Shown in pieces: positions 12,119-25,646 of a stretch of 51,956 bases of DNA (the first letter of the stretch is position 1; every line of letters begins with the position of its first letter). The notes below the pieces were generated by a model, which worked only from the letters and a program-made list of their open reading frames with translations, had not been told where the DNA came from and searched no databases. Made by a program: the position numbers and the translations under genes. Source of the DNA: Trichinella spiralis (Eukaryota); the NCBI RefSeq assembly GCF_000181795.1, contig NW_003526948.1:3256621-3308576 (forward strand). The letters run 5' to 3'.

Positions 12119-13930
12119 GCATCGGTTAATTTCTGATATACACCAAAATTGTTCTTGTACTTTTTCATTTTCTGACTACTGTGTATACTTGTGTAAAAAT
12201 TTCTATTTCTACGATATTGATTCCACCAAACGAGTAGCAATAACATTTGTTATTAATTTGAAAATTATAATTACTAATTTTTGAAATTACAGTTCATTTG
12301 TGAGTGAGTAATAAGCTGCTGCTTTTCGCATGCAAAAATTACACGTGCAATGGGCAATTTATTGGAAATAAATTGAAAAGAAAGATATAATATAAATATT
12401 TCATTATTTATTCCAAGTAATACGTCCATTTTCATTAGATAAGAAATTATGCAATACTGTAGAACGTAAAAATAAATAAATGTATCATCAAATAATGATA
12501 TGTTTCACATACATGCAATTATTTTGCTTAAACTTATTTTCTATTTTCATACTACACCTATGTATAAATTATAAGTAATTTCACATCGAATTCAATAAAT
12601 ATTTATTCCATGCATTGATGCATTGAAAAAAAAAGTTTGCAAAATAAAGAATCGAGAGAAATAGTGGATATTTTTATCATGATTAATGGCTAATATTATT
12701 TTCTGATCACCTATGACAAATCTGCATCACAGTGTTGTGCAGAATAAAGGATAATGATATTATGAACGGTTGCTTAAGTTTTTTAAATCAGTTTTTAATG
12801 ACGAGACTTTTTTGGATACTTTAAATTCAACTTGAAAAGGTTTCAATTGAATATTTTTAAAGTTAAGATTTCATATTAAATTCCATATGGTTTCTGATGA
12901 AGATTAATTTGCACCAAAATTACCATAATCAACATAACTCACATTTTCATAAATGCTCTTTTCCAAGTGATCAGAAAAAATAAGCTTATCGATTGATTTT
13001 ACTAATTTTATGCATAAATCTCAGGAGGTAAATATACATTGCTTTTTTCTTCAAATATTATTAAACTCATTATTGATTACTTAATTATTTGATATCAAAA
13101 GAAAAGCAAATTTTGTGCCTTCAATGATTTTGTTTTATAAATAAATATTTACAAGTGAAAAAAATTGAAAACGATGTTACAATTTAATTTTTACATTCAA
13201 ATACATTTGATTCACATTAAAATAAATCCTGTGGAAATTTGCTTAAATATTTCATGTTTTGAAAAATTATGAATATTTCATTGAAAAAATATTTCTGAAC
13301 CAATAAAAACATCAATTTGATTGAATAATATTCATTTTAATAAACACTTGAAATAAATTAACTTTGCAGTTGACGTAAACTGCGGAAAAACTGCTTTGGA
13401 ATGAGAAGATTTGCAAAACACGTACAAAGCATATTATTAATGTGTGCCGCATATTAATATAAGCAGAGAGAAGAAGAAGAAGCTCATCATGAAATTAAAT
13501 TCCGTTTATGGAATCTATAAGTCTGAGTATGGAAAAGTAAAAAACAGAAAATGCCTTCATTTTTGGGATTATGCTTCAGAATTTTGGCTGACGTCAAATC
13601 GTTTTAAGAAAAAAAATTTTTTTTTTCATTTGTTATTACTGTTGTTATTACTACAAACGTGTTTGGCAACCACTTGGACAACTTGTAATAAAAAGGACAA
13701 ATTTACAATGGAAATATATAATTAAAATAGAAAATGTTTCAAAAATATGAAGAAGAGTTTTTTTTTGATCAAAGCGAATAAATTACAAATTAAGCACAGG
13801 GCAAGTGAAGAAAATTCATATTTCAAGCATATCAGTTTGGAAAAAAGGTAAACATGCAATGGCAATAAAATTTGCATAATGATAGGAAATCAAACAATTC
13901 TTACTTGAAGGTGAAATTCGTTGCTGAGGC

Positions 13931-14013
13931 CCAGTGATGAAACAATGTCGACGACGATTACGAGTATTACTGTAAATCTGAAGAAAAACTCATCGAAGTG
14001 ATGAACTGAACGG
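13931..14013 (+). ncRNA. Candidate box C/D snoRNA
   Basis: GTGATGA 13934-13940 (C), CTGA 13978-13981 (D'), GTGATGA 13998-14004 (C') and CTGA 14006-14009 (D) span 76 nt. The terminal stem is weak and no rRNA target was recognised. Confidence 0.3.
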
Positions 14014-14182
14014 AAAAACCGGTTTTGGTTATTTGCATTTATTCCAGTCAAAAATTGTCATCGTCGATTTTTAGTCTGAAAAGTTCAGTGCCGTGTGCGT
14101 CGCATTTTTAGTCGAAGGCCGGTAAAAATTTCGGTCCAATTTTCACCAACGCAGTTTCCACTAGTGTCGAGTTGTCTGTACG

Positions 14183-17100
14183 GTAAGTTGTTTTATTATT
14201 TTTTTCAAATCTTCACACGTTGAGATTATTAATTTTCACGAATTCAAATTTGCATATTAATTTTTTTGCTTTTTCAAAATATTGAATAATCTGTGATTAA
14301 TTTAACTTTTGTCTATTGTCCAATCCATGTCTGTTGCTTGATCACAATTCTACGATTGTTTGTATATGACAAATTTTCAATCATGCTACACTTGTTCAGT
14401 GTGACAGTTGGAGCTTTTTTGTCTTTTTAATGAATACTCTGTTAATTAATCGAAGAAACATTACAGTTTAAGTTTTTGAACCTCGATATTTAAATTTCAA
14501 ACAAAAATTACGATCGTAATATTTCACGAACAGTGTAGCATGATTATATTTCATCTACCGTAATTTTTCAATCGGCGTGTCATTATATTTGTTTGATCCG
14601 ATGATGAATTTGAATTGTCAATGGCAATACAAATCAGGTTTTGAATAATTCAAATTTGTGGCAAAATGTCAAATTTCTCTATTACTAAACAGTGCTATTT
14701 GCAATTGTACAAGTTTTATTGTTTTGAATTTTATTACTGATCAAATTATACAAATATGAATACAAGTTACAGCATTTTGGCAAATTTCTATCTACTTTAT
14801 TAATACATTTTGATAAACAATAGAGGGTATTTTAATTTAAAAAAATATTATCTATTGTTAGAAATCAATTTTGTTCATATCTTCACTTCATAAAATTATT
14901 CTTGCATAATATTCTGTTATTTACAACAAATATGTTGCCTAAAATTTTGTCTACTGAAATTCGTTTACGGAAAATTCACTGAAAATTTATCAACTATCTG
15001 CGCAATTATGCAAATTTTATAAATGTGCAAACAACCGGCGAAGTTTGAGCTGAAAAATCAATAATCATTCGTGCATTTCTAATTGCGTGTTGTCTGTTTA
15101 TTGCACAAGCTCATCATTTATAGATAAAGGTATACATTCATATTTATGCTAATTTACCGTAAACTGAGGTGATAATATTGATCAAATAAAAATGTCCAGA
15201 CGTATTCTTTTATTATTTCGCATTAAATTTTTTTTGGTTGTGGTTCTCTATTTACGCATCAATCATTTTTAACAATAACTGACAATTTTATTTTGAAAGG
15301 CAAATTTTTTAGCAAAAGTCAAAAGTGGGGATTAACAAGAAAATGATAAGGAAATATGTTTGATAGATTCATTTTATTTAATAATGCAAATGCTGCAACT
15401 GAAATTTAAATATCAAATGGAAGAAAAATAAAATTATACCATGCTAAAGTTTAGATTTATTGAATATTTGGTATATTAAATTTATTTATTAATTTAATGG
15501 TTTATTCAAGTAATAATGGCAATTTGAAAACTGAAAATAATTGTTTTGATAATCATACATTGTGCGAATGATTTTTCAATAAGTTTATACGAATTTATTT
15601 TTTATTGAAATTTTTCATTTTAAATTTCATATTTTAAAACTGAACCATAACCACGTCAGCAAAGCGCCATTGTTAACTACGATATTTTTTATACCAAACA
15701 ATATGTTCATCCAGAAGTAGAATTTCATGGGCAGTGGAAAATGATAGATAATTTGAAAAGTGCAACTTTTCACAAATTATGGCTAAAATTGCCATTAAAT
15801 TAGTGTTGTTCTCTATAATTAATTAAAGAAAACCATTTCAAAGTGTCATTTTTTTAATTTTCTTTCATTACTCAACATTTATTATTAAATAATACAATTT
15901 GCTAAAATAATAAACTCTAAACTTTTTAGAATGTTAAGCTAGCAGTAAGAAAGTTAAATAACTAAAAATGTTATAAATGTGAGCGACAGGATTAATTTTT
16001 CAATTATTAAAAGAATACTAATATTTGGTATGCATTTTAACATAAGAGATAAAGTTGCAAATTAAATTTTGTTGCTAATTTTTTATTATGTAAAAATGAT
16101 ACTTATTATAAAGTTCGTTACTTTGTTAATTATACAAGAAATTTAATACATTGTATTTATCGTTTTAAAATACTTTGCTTAAAATATCATTACTGGAATA
16201 TATTTAGCACGCCTTATTAAAATGTGCAACCATACAACATACAATTCAAATTATCAATCATTATTAATCATTTTTTACAAGTGAAAAATTTTTATAAAAA
16301 ATATAATATATGAATGCAAGTAACATTATATTTAATTTTAATTGTTAACTTTTCAACTGAAAGTACTACTACTTACTAATTATCATTTATCTTATACTGA
16401 TATCAGAAATGAGGAAAATAAATCCAGGGAGTCATTATTGGTTGCGCAACCAGCTTGCAGTAAAATTTGTTTTATCCATTTGAAAAAATCAGTTTTTTAA
16501 TTAGTCTAATTAGTTATTATTCATCAGAATCATGGAACAGATAAATTTGCAAAAGAAATGAAAAGAATATATTTCTGTTCTTCAACAATAATACGATGTT
16601 GAATTCAACTATTCGACTCTTAACTATTAGAAATATTTTCCAATTTTCGCATATGCAAAAACATGTTTACGCTTTAATTAAAATGAAAATAGGAATTGCA
16701 TTTTAAATTTGGATAAATGCAAATGCGATGACTTAAGTGAAATCTTCAAAATTGCAATAATATGCAAGCATGGTATAGTTTCGTATCAATATTGAGTGAC
16801 AAATTCCATCGTAGGTGAATATTTCTTAATTTAGATCAAGCAGTTCTATTTCCTATTGTCATAATGCTTTTTGTTTCGACAAGACAAAACATTCTAATCC
16901 GCTGTATTGTTGTGACGTACATTTAAAGAAATGTTCAGACATTAATAAGATAATATTATTTTTTTTATGTTTTCACGAATAGCTATGGCAATGAGTGAAA
17001 AATGTAAATAGAATTCCCATATGGGAAATGCTTAAATGAAAATATTTTTCATATTAAATATAAAAGCGTGTTGTTTTCATATTCATGTATATAGTTTCCA

Positions 17101-17281
17101 TTTGTTGCTTGAAAGAAGCATAGCAGGGGGTATCATTTCCTATGAGTTGCATTAGCACAGTGGTGAGCAATTAAAATACGTTGGCGTAACTTGTCGACCA
17201 ATAGAAATGAAGTCTGCTTCACAAACAGCTCCATCTGTTGACCGGAACCAACCTAGTTCTAAGCAGATATATAAATTTCAG
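14183..17281 (+). other. Probable 5'-UTR intron (or outron) of the RASL10-like gene
   Basis: A strong donor ACG|GTAAGT at 14183 ends a GC-richer island, and an AATTTCAG acceptor ends at 17281. The intervening DNA is very AT-rich and has no ORFs. The pairing of the two sites is inferred. Confidence 0.4.
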
Positions 17282-17282
17282 T

Positions 17283-18065
17283 ATGGAATTAGAATTGGAT
17301 GGTAAGGTAGGCTCAGTGATGCCCTACGTGAAATTGGTAGTATTGGGAAGTCCAGGCTGTGGTAAAACATCCCTAGTGCATCAGTTTTTGTTCAACCATT
17401 GTCCAGAAAAACACGAACCCACAAGACGGCCTTGCGCATATTACCCTGGAATATTTGCGGATAATCAATTGTACGAACTGCGCATTGTCGATACGTGTCC
17501 AATTTCTGTATTTCCAAAGTCGAGTTTAGAAGATTGGGCACGTTCGGGCAGTAGTGCAGGCGGCCCTGGTGTTCGTGGTGCCCACGCTTATATTGTTGTT
17601 TTCGATGTCACATCTAGAGAATCGTTACGATGGGCGAAAAGTCTTCGTGATCAAATTCAAACCGAAGCTGCCGATTCAGTTGTTCTGATTGTTGGGAATA
17701 AAATTGACGAACTGCACAAAATGGGCGGCAACATATCGTCAAATACACGGCCGAATGGTCTATTACAAGCCAACGGTCCCGGCGACACTGCGGTCGATCA
17801 ATTTCGTAAGGAAATTTCCAGCTATGTGAAAAAGCAATGGAAATGTTCTTTCGTCGAATGTTCAGCCAAATGGAACTGGAATGTTACGAGTGTTTTTCAC
17901 GAGTTGGTCATTTTAGTCAAGCGTAACGCTGAACTGCAGGGTGCACCGTGTAGAACTGGCGGTCCAAGTGGTGGTGCAAATCAAACTGGCCATTCCCTAA
18001 GAAAGAAGCGGGCCCGTTTTTTGTTCCGTCGACGTGCTACCAATTCTGAAGCTAGATCTTCTTGA
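17283..18065 (+). CDS. RASL10: RASL10-like small GTPase, 260 aa, single coding exon
   Basis: G1 GSPGCGKT, atypical G3 DTCP, G4 NKID and G5 CSAK. The segments 'PISVFP..SLEDWA', 'AHAYIVVFD' and 'KKQWKCSFVECSAKWNWNV..VF.EL' match vertebrate RASL10A/B as recalled. An AATTTCAG acceptor ends at 17281, just before ATG 17283. The TTG start at 17238 in the ORF track is not needed. Confidence 0.85.
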   Translation: MELELDGKVGSVMPYVKLVVLGSPGCGKTSLVHQFLFNHCPEKHEPTRRPCAYYPGIFADNQLYELRIVDTCPISVFPKSSLEDWARSGSSAGGPGVRGAHAYIVVFDVTSRESLRWAKSLRDQIQTEAADSVVLIVGNKIDELHKMGGNISSNTRPNGLLQANGPGDTAVDQFRKEISSYVKKQWKCSFVECSAKWNWNVTSVFHELVILVKRNAELQGAPCRTGGPSGGANQTGHSLRKKRARFLFRRRATNSEARSS

Positions 18066-21000
18066 TCGCTGTACTTTATGGCCTTTCCTTTATTATTCTT
18101 TTTTCTTCTCCATTGTTTCTCATCACGCAAAGCATACGGATGTGATTAAACATACTGTCAACATATATGCCCATTTATATGCACATTTTCCAATAACAAA
18201 TTTCATTTTAAATTCGATAATTTGGTGATATTAACAATGCACATTTAAAAAATTTTCGTTCACTTACTTAACACATACATATCTTATCTAATCAGAATTT
18301 TCAAATTATCATAATGCAATTGATTACATTTATTTTGATGTATCATTTTAGAGAGGCATATTGTATACAAAGCAAAGCGGATTGACCAAAGAAAAATGCA
18401 AATTAAATGTTTCTACTTTACGGCCGGTCAGTTCATGACCGTTCATGAACAATTGCTCACGAAATATGTGTTACAATTTCAATTCTTTTATTTCGACAAG
18501 ATATACATACATATATATCCGGTAAGAATTTAGTTATTTGCATATGTGAATGTTTGAATTGAGAATGTCAAGTTTTAAATAAGAATATGGATTTCCTTTG
18601 CGGAGGCGTCAGTCAAGTTCAATGAGTTAACATTAGAATGAATAATATAAGTCGGCGATCGATGTCTTTGAAAGCTCAAGCTTGTTAAGGACTAGGCAGG
18701 CTTTCGGGCCACGAGCAAGTGCAAGCGATAAAACGGCAGGGCGTGGCTTCAAATATTCCATTGCAAAACAACTCCTTTTCAGGGATCATTTCTTTGCACT
18801 TCTAATCGGGCAGCCATTGACTCTTTGCGATTAATGGCCGACAAATTGATTCATATTGTTAAAATTCCGCTTTGTCAAATTTGATCTGTCCCAGGTATCC
18901 CGCACAGATGCAAATTCTTTTCCTCGAGTATTATGGAAATTTGCAAAGCGTAATTTTTGTAAATTTCTTTTCATTGTTAGATTTTAAAGATTCATTTAAA
19001 GGTAGATTAATTTTGAATAATTGTTTGTGATATTCAAAAAAAATGAAAGGAAGAACATGTGAAATTTATGGGCGGAGTGAATTGCGTATAATTGATGTTG
19101 GAGAGGAAATTTCCATAACAGTTGAAAGCCTAACAACAATCAGTTCACCTTTGCCAAGGCAGTTGTTTAAGCTGGCATTGTTCAGAAGCGATCGATACTT
19201 TTTACAAATCATATTCGTTGTCATCAAATTAATCGCTCAATGTCGTTGAAAAGTTGCGGACATTCTTCCGCTATTTGGAATCTGAAAGCAGCGATCGATT
19301 GTGCCACAGCTGAGCTTTAAACCAAACCGCTTTTCACATCAACTTGGATGTTGTATCTGATTTTCTCCTTTTGCTTAACATCCGCCGTTCTCGATTCATC
19401 CAATTGCGACGGATGTTGCAAAAACAGCGCGCCAACAGAATATTTATTCCAAAGCGAATTGCTGTTCTTTGTTCCCGTTTGAACAGAGAGGTAGGACGAA
19501 TTCAACCAATGGAACAGTGACCGTCAGCATTCTGATAGATCATTTTATTTATTGTTCGTCGACATTATTTCTTGTAATTTGAAATATCAATCATCATTTC
19601 CATAAAACATATTGACAAATATACTACTGATGTTGTCGTTCGTTGGAATAGTTGAAGGGTTAACATGACGATGATGATGATGATTATTATTATTCGAACA
19701 ATTTGATGACACCAGAAAGCATTTTTATAAATGAAATTTCTTCATTTCTATTAACGCCAATGAAACAACATTTTATATACGTGTTGAGAGCAAATAAGAA
19801 GCTCGAATAAGTAAGTGGTTGAATAATTTCGATGATGAAGAATGCGGCAATAAACAATGACAAATGCACTGCAAATCAGCAGCAGTTTAGTGTAGTGGTA
19901 AAATTGAAGCTGATCAAATGAGCAATAAATTTGACAGACGGCTACCTCATGATGCTCATATCAAAGTCCAATATCTGCAGTTCAGTTCAGTTCAGTTGAG
20001 TGAAAATTGGGCACAATTTGAAATTGCAGCAATTTGATCATGTAGCCCAGTAGTTTCATTAACTGGTTGGTGTTCGGATAAAATGCAAATTATTTTTACG
20101 ATCACGGGAATGGTGATAATTTTTCGAATATTTTCCTCCGGCAACATGTGCTACGAATGGTACAGGTGTGCAAGTTTATCACATTGAAGTGACGAGAATA
20201 GCAGTGTTTCAGTTGAGTGGACAAACGCAACTGTTTTGAAAATTGCACGAATGTGAGATTGTATGAGCAAGCAATGTGGAAAAAGCAGAATAAGAGTGAA
20301 CGGAGCGAGTGGTGTTTTTTGTGCCAATGTTGAAATTATGCCGAGCATTGAACATCAGTTGAACTTGATTGTCCCTTTAATACAAGCAGCAGCATAGTGG
20401 CAGTCGTGAATTTTCAGCCGATTCAGTTCCAGTATATCATTCGATCAGCCGGGAACGATTTCTGGCTGTAATTTGCAGTTTGAAAAATTGGTTAACTTTT
20501 CTGTTGTGATTTGGTGAAATTTTTGCCAACGTTGTTAGCGTAACGCGATTATGACATTTCAAACCTAATGATGGGCCAAGTTTGCTCAGTTGAGAAGCAT
20601 CGAACGGAAGCAGAAATTGACCAGTGATCGTTGGAAAGAAGAGACGAAAGAAAAAAATGGAATAATAATAATAAAAAATAGGAACAACATTCTTCTCTAT
20701 TCATCACTTTTTATGGGATAAGCAGAAATAAAAATTGGACGGAAAAGCTCACCACCACCACCACCACCCTTTATCACCATCACTGACCTTCTCTCGTAGT
20801 GTTAATTTCGAAACGTGAAACGCTTGGATATTGCGCTGTTGGCGCGTTGAAATTCAAAGTTACTGGTTGAACAGTTTTTCCTGAAATGCCGATTAATCAC
20901 AAAAGGTGATAATTATTCACCATTTTCAAACAGTGCACATCAACAATCGATTTCTCAGCAAACAAATATTTCACATCTTTTGCTAGACAATGCGCATGAA

Positions 21001-24000
21001 TTTGCAACCAACCAATTTTGATGATTGATTTGTACAAAGCTGTTTCTTTCTTTCTCAACTCTCTTCCTCTCTCTTACTTGCTTTCTTGGTCTGCTGCTTT
21101 GCTGCTATGCAAGCACACGACAAAAAGTATTATTCTGTGGATATATTATTATTATTGTCGACTTGTTTTTTTCTATTCTGCAATTTCATCAGCGGCGCAT
21201 ATCTTGAAAGCAATTTCATTCGACACGCGTTCCACTCTCAACAATTGCTTGGCCAGTTGTTGTTTGGCAAAATCACCGGAAAATGATAATAAATATTGCA
21301 TGTCGAAGAAAATTTATTTTCACCACTCATTTCACCTAGCACAATTATAAAAGCAAAATTAAATTGGACGAAATAAACAACAACAACAACCTGATATATA
21401 TATTTCTCGTTTGTCGAGAATTGCGTCATCTTATGCATTATTAATGGTTTATTGCATAAGGAAAACAAAATGTGTTCACCTTTTCACATTATCATTTGTA
21501 ATAAGCAATGCTTTAGTGTATATTATTGTGTTTTGATTCAACACTTATCAGCAGCATCCGGTGATTTCGTCCGTTTTTTCTCTTCTACTAGATATTGAAG
21601 AAAATTGTTGCAAATTTAACAATAATCTTAATTTCTCACGCATATTGTTCGATTAATTCTCCACACCTACATCTACCCATCCACCCACCCACACATATTT
21701 ATCAGTAGATGTTATCTTTGGTGATTAATTAATATTGCAACGCGCAACATCAGTTTGCAAATTTTTGACGTTTTTGTTTCAATGCATAATTTATTATCAA
21801 CAATGGCATCTTTGAAATGACAAAAAGGTCAGCTTTGAACACTTAGAAGCTTTTTTTCCTTTAAATTCAAGACCAGTCAATAAGTCTACCATTTGGAGTT
21901 GAACAACGAACCAACCGTATGTGTACTGCGTATGCACAATGTTCCGAATTTCGAATAATTCAAAATCAACATTCTTCTCCAGTTATCAACGGCATTCTAA
22001 TAATATGCATTGCAAATCTCTATCTCATAGATTGTCAAAATTGCATACACTTACTCTTATATATGTATATACAAAAGGGTATCTCTAATGAAAATATTAT
22101 TTGAAATTTTTGATCAATACAGACGATCTTAATTTATCCTTTTTCTCTTGTGTTATTCATGATAGATCAATGGTAGTTACTGTTACGGTTCTTCTTTTTT
22201 CAACTAATGCTTCTCGTGTATTTTATTCATTTTCAATCACAGTGATTTTAGAATAGAAAATGTTAGATATTTGTCATGTATTGAATAGGATTGAATACTC
22301 TATCTATTCTTAAACTGTAAAAGTAAATAATACAATTTGGAGAAAGCCAATATCTTCTGCATGTGGGCTTGATTATCAAGCATTGTATACGTAGTGTTAT
22401 TAGGCGAATAATTAATTCAAAGCTGCCCAAGTTGCTAATTATTCAGCGGACTATTCAATTGACCAAGTAACTAACCACTGGAGATTTGCTGGGCAGTCTG
22501 CTACTGCTACTACTACATCTGCTTGATAAAAGCAATTTTACAATTTCAATATTAAGCTGCTTTATATAATACGCTACTTGGTTAGTTCAGTATTTCCGAC
22601 AGCTCTTCAGTGGACAATAATTTCAACAACAAAAGCTTCCTTTTCTCTTGCTATACAGCTTTCACCTCAAAATCCGCAATAAAAATTGTAAACACACGAT
22701 TCCACATGATAAACACTGGATATATGGAAATTGAACAAAAATGAAAACAACGACCAGTGATCACATGTGCTGCATGTGCATATATATAGAACTGACGTGG
22801 AAAACAGTTACAGTGCAACATTTCACACAACTTGCGTGAAGAAATTGTTGCATTCAATGAAACTAATTATCATCATCCTTTCTCGTAAAGTTGTTCTGAA
22901 ACCAGCAAGCTGGAATGAATGATTGGAAATTCTTTTCAAATTCTGCTAATTGAAGTTTCCATTTTTGAACTAAACGATCGTCAGTCGTACTGTTCCAGCA
23001 ACATTTGCACAATACACAACATTTTTGCATTTGCACATGCAGTTAGTTCTTCGGCTTGAATTATAAAATAAAAAAATATAAATTGTTTCATTCAAATTTA
23101 TGACACAAAATATTGCATTTCCAACTTGGGATTGAATTTTTACAAAAAATGATTTAAATCGTCGAAGTTGATTTATTCGAACTTTTGTACAGCAGGCGAG
23201 CTTATGGGAAAAATATTATCCATTGAAAATATGCATTCAAAGAAAAGCCTCAAAGCAGAAGAAGCCCATGCTCTTAAAGCACACAATGAATGATGATGAT
23301 GGTGATGATAAAGTAAAGTTCAATCGCAAATATTAAATTTGCAAAACGATTTGCAAAGCTTTGAATGAAAGCAACAATTAATTTTTAAAGCCGTTGTGGG
23401 AACGGCATGTGTTGTTAATATCCACCAGAAAAACAGTCGACTGGGTTTTTTTTCCATTTTTAAAAGAAAGCGTTTATTGAGAAATCGATCTTCCTTCTAC
23501 TTGGAAAACAGAAAATGCCCGTAGCATTCGCTTTTAAAAGTGCCAAATATAGGAAAACCCATTGCTCGGTGTTTGTAGATTTCTTTTTGCTTTAATTTTC
23601 AATAATCCAATTAACAATTGTAAAATATTTAAAATACTTTAATGTTGCGATTTACCCACCTACCAACTGAATAGCAGTGTAAGCAAGCGAACATTTTTTG
23701 TTCTATTCATCGCTCGCATTGGCAATGTGTACTGTGTACTAATAATTGTCTCAGGGTGCTCAAGAATCATCACTTGGCAAAGCTTATTTCTTCTTCTTCG
23801 TTTTTCTTTTATTCAACAAGTTTATTTAAATATACAACTTTATTTCTATAAATAGTTTCATCATGCTAATTTTAATAAACAACAACAGTTTTTCCACTCG
23901 AAAACTCTCTCCTGTTGTGTTTTTTGATGGAAACGTGCTCGGCAGTATATATACATATATATGGATCAACTGTTCATTATTGAATCAGACGTATTGATTG

Positions 24001-25646
24001 AAACAAATTTTATAGTTGTCGTCTTCGAAAAAAATAAAAAAAACAAATCTATACATTATCAACAACATATAATTTATCGTGGTGGAAATGAAATTTTTTA
24101 TTACAATTACAAACAAAAACAGCAGCTTACAAATTATGCAAATTTAAATATTTAACATTTGATTGCGGATTCATTTTTTTCAAAGATAGCAGCTGATAAA
24201 TTTTCAATATTAAGTGCAAACATAATTTGCCGATGAAAGGAATTTGTACACCAACCAAAGCAAAAGAAGTAACAATTAAGCGCTTTCAGCTAGTGACGAG
24301 AATAGAAATGCAATTGAGTCAATAAATGCTACTACTACTACTACTAATAATAATAAGAATAACGATAAACAGGAATGCAATATGTAAAGATGGAAAATAA
24401 CAAGCGTTTTATTTTTTTTGATAAAAAAATTCGTTTGCTCAATAATATGCGGATGTTAAAGGGAAAATTGGTCGACCAGCTTCATTGCTGTTATTCTTGT
24501 TGAAAGCATTTTGCTGGCGAAAAGAAAAAATCTAATCAACTGAAATTAAAGCCAATCAAAACACTTATTTACTTTTGTTCAGTTATTTGATTGACCAGGT
24601 GGAAATTTTTTGTTCAATAAAACACACAAACTCTCCCCATCTCACAGTTCACCTAAAAGCTCACAGTGTGCGGTGAAAAATTCTCAATCAACCATATTAT
24701 TATGCAAACATTCAACATATCTCAATAATATGTCCATGTAATAAAATATGGAGTGGGAAGGAAAGCTTAGAAAACAAACAGACAGACATTCATCTCGTGA
24801 AATTCTGGTGAAAGGAAAACGTTCATCCAGTGTTAAGGATTGTAGTGTAATTTTGAAATTGCAATTGTTTCTATCAGGTTGCTTGAATAAGATGTCAACT
24901 GATGTACTGTAGATTTTTAAAATTGAACATCATTCGGTGTGTCATTTCATTTAATTTTAAATATTAGCTAGTTTCCCATTGATAAAAATGTTCTCTTTCT
25001 TCATTTCTCGGTCGTAGTTGGTTCACAATGTTCCGAATTATATATACATCAAGTGGTGATTATAATGAATGAAACTGATCTATCGATGCTCATCAAATAA
25101 GCAGTGGAAATGAATCCCCAAATCTCAGAAGTGAACAAAACACAACGTAAATAATCGTGTTGATTTATTGTCAATCAATAATCAATATTTTTCTCATGCT
25201 TGTTCATCTGCATCATTTTCAAAATTGAAAACACCGCAAATATATATACAACACATGATCATTATCAAAAATCCTATTTGGGAAAATAAAATGTAAATAT
25301 TTTCACAAACAATATCGGATTATCATGAACTAATTAACTATTTATTATATTTGTTAGATTTTCTGTTGTTGTACAATTAACCAGTAAGTACCTGACAATC
25401 AGTGAATGAAAAAAGTGAAACAAAAAAGTTCGCTGATACAACAATAATGGAATTCTGAAAGACCGTCGTTCTTACTTCAAAAGTTTGCATACCGCAGTTG
25501 GACACTACTGTGAATCAGAAGAAAAACAAAGAAACCTGCTAATTCCATTACCATTCAAAATATACCCTATGAAAATCCACGCTCATCAACCACTGCTCAA
25601 AATAAGCGAAAACAGACGTCATTCTTGTAAAATTAATAATTCATGC

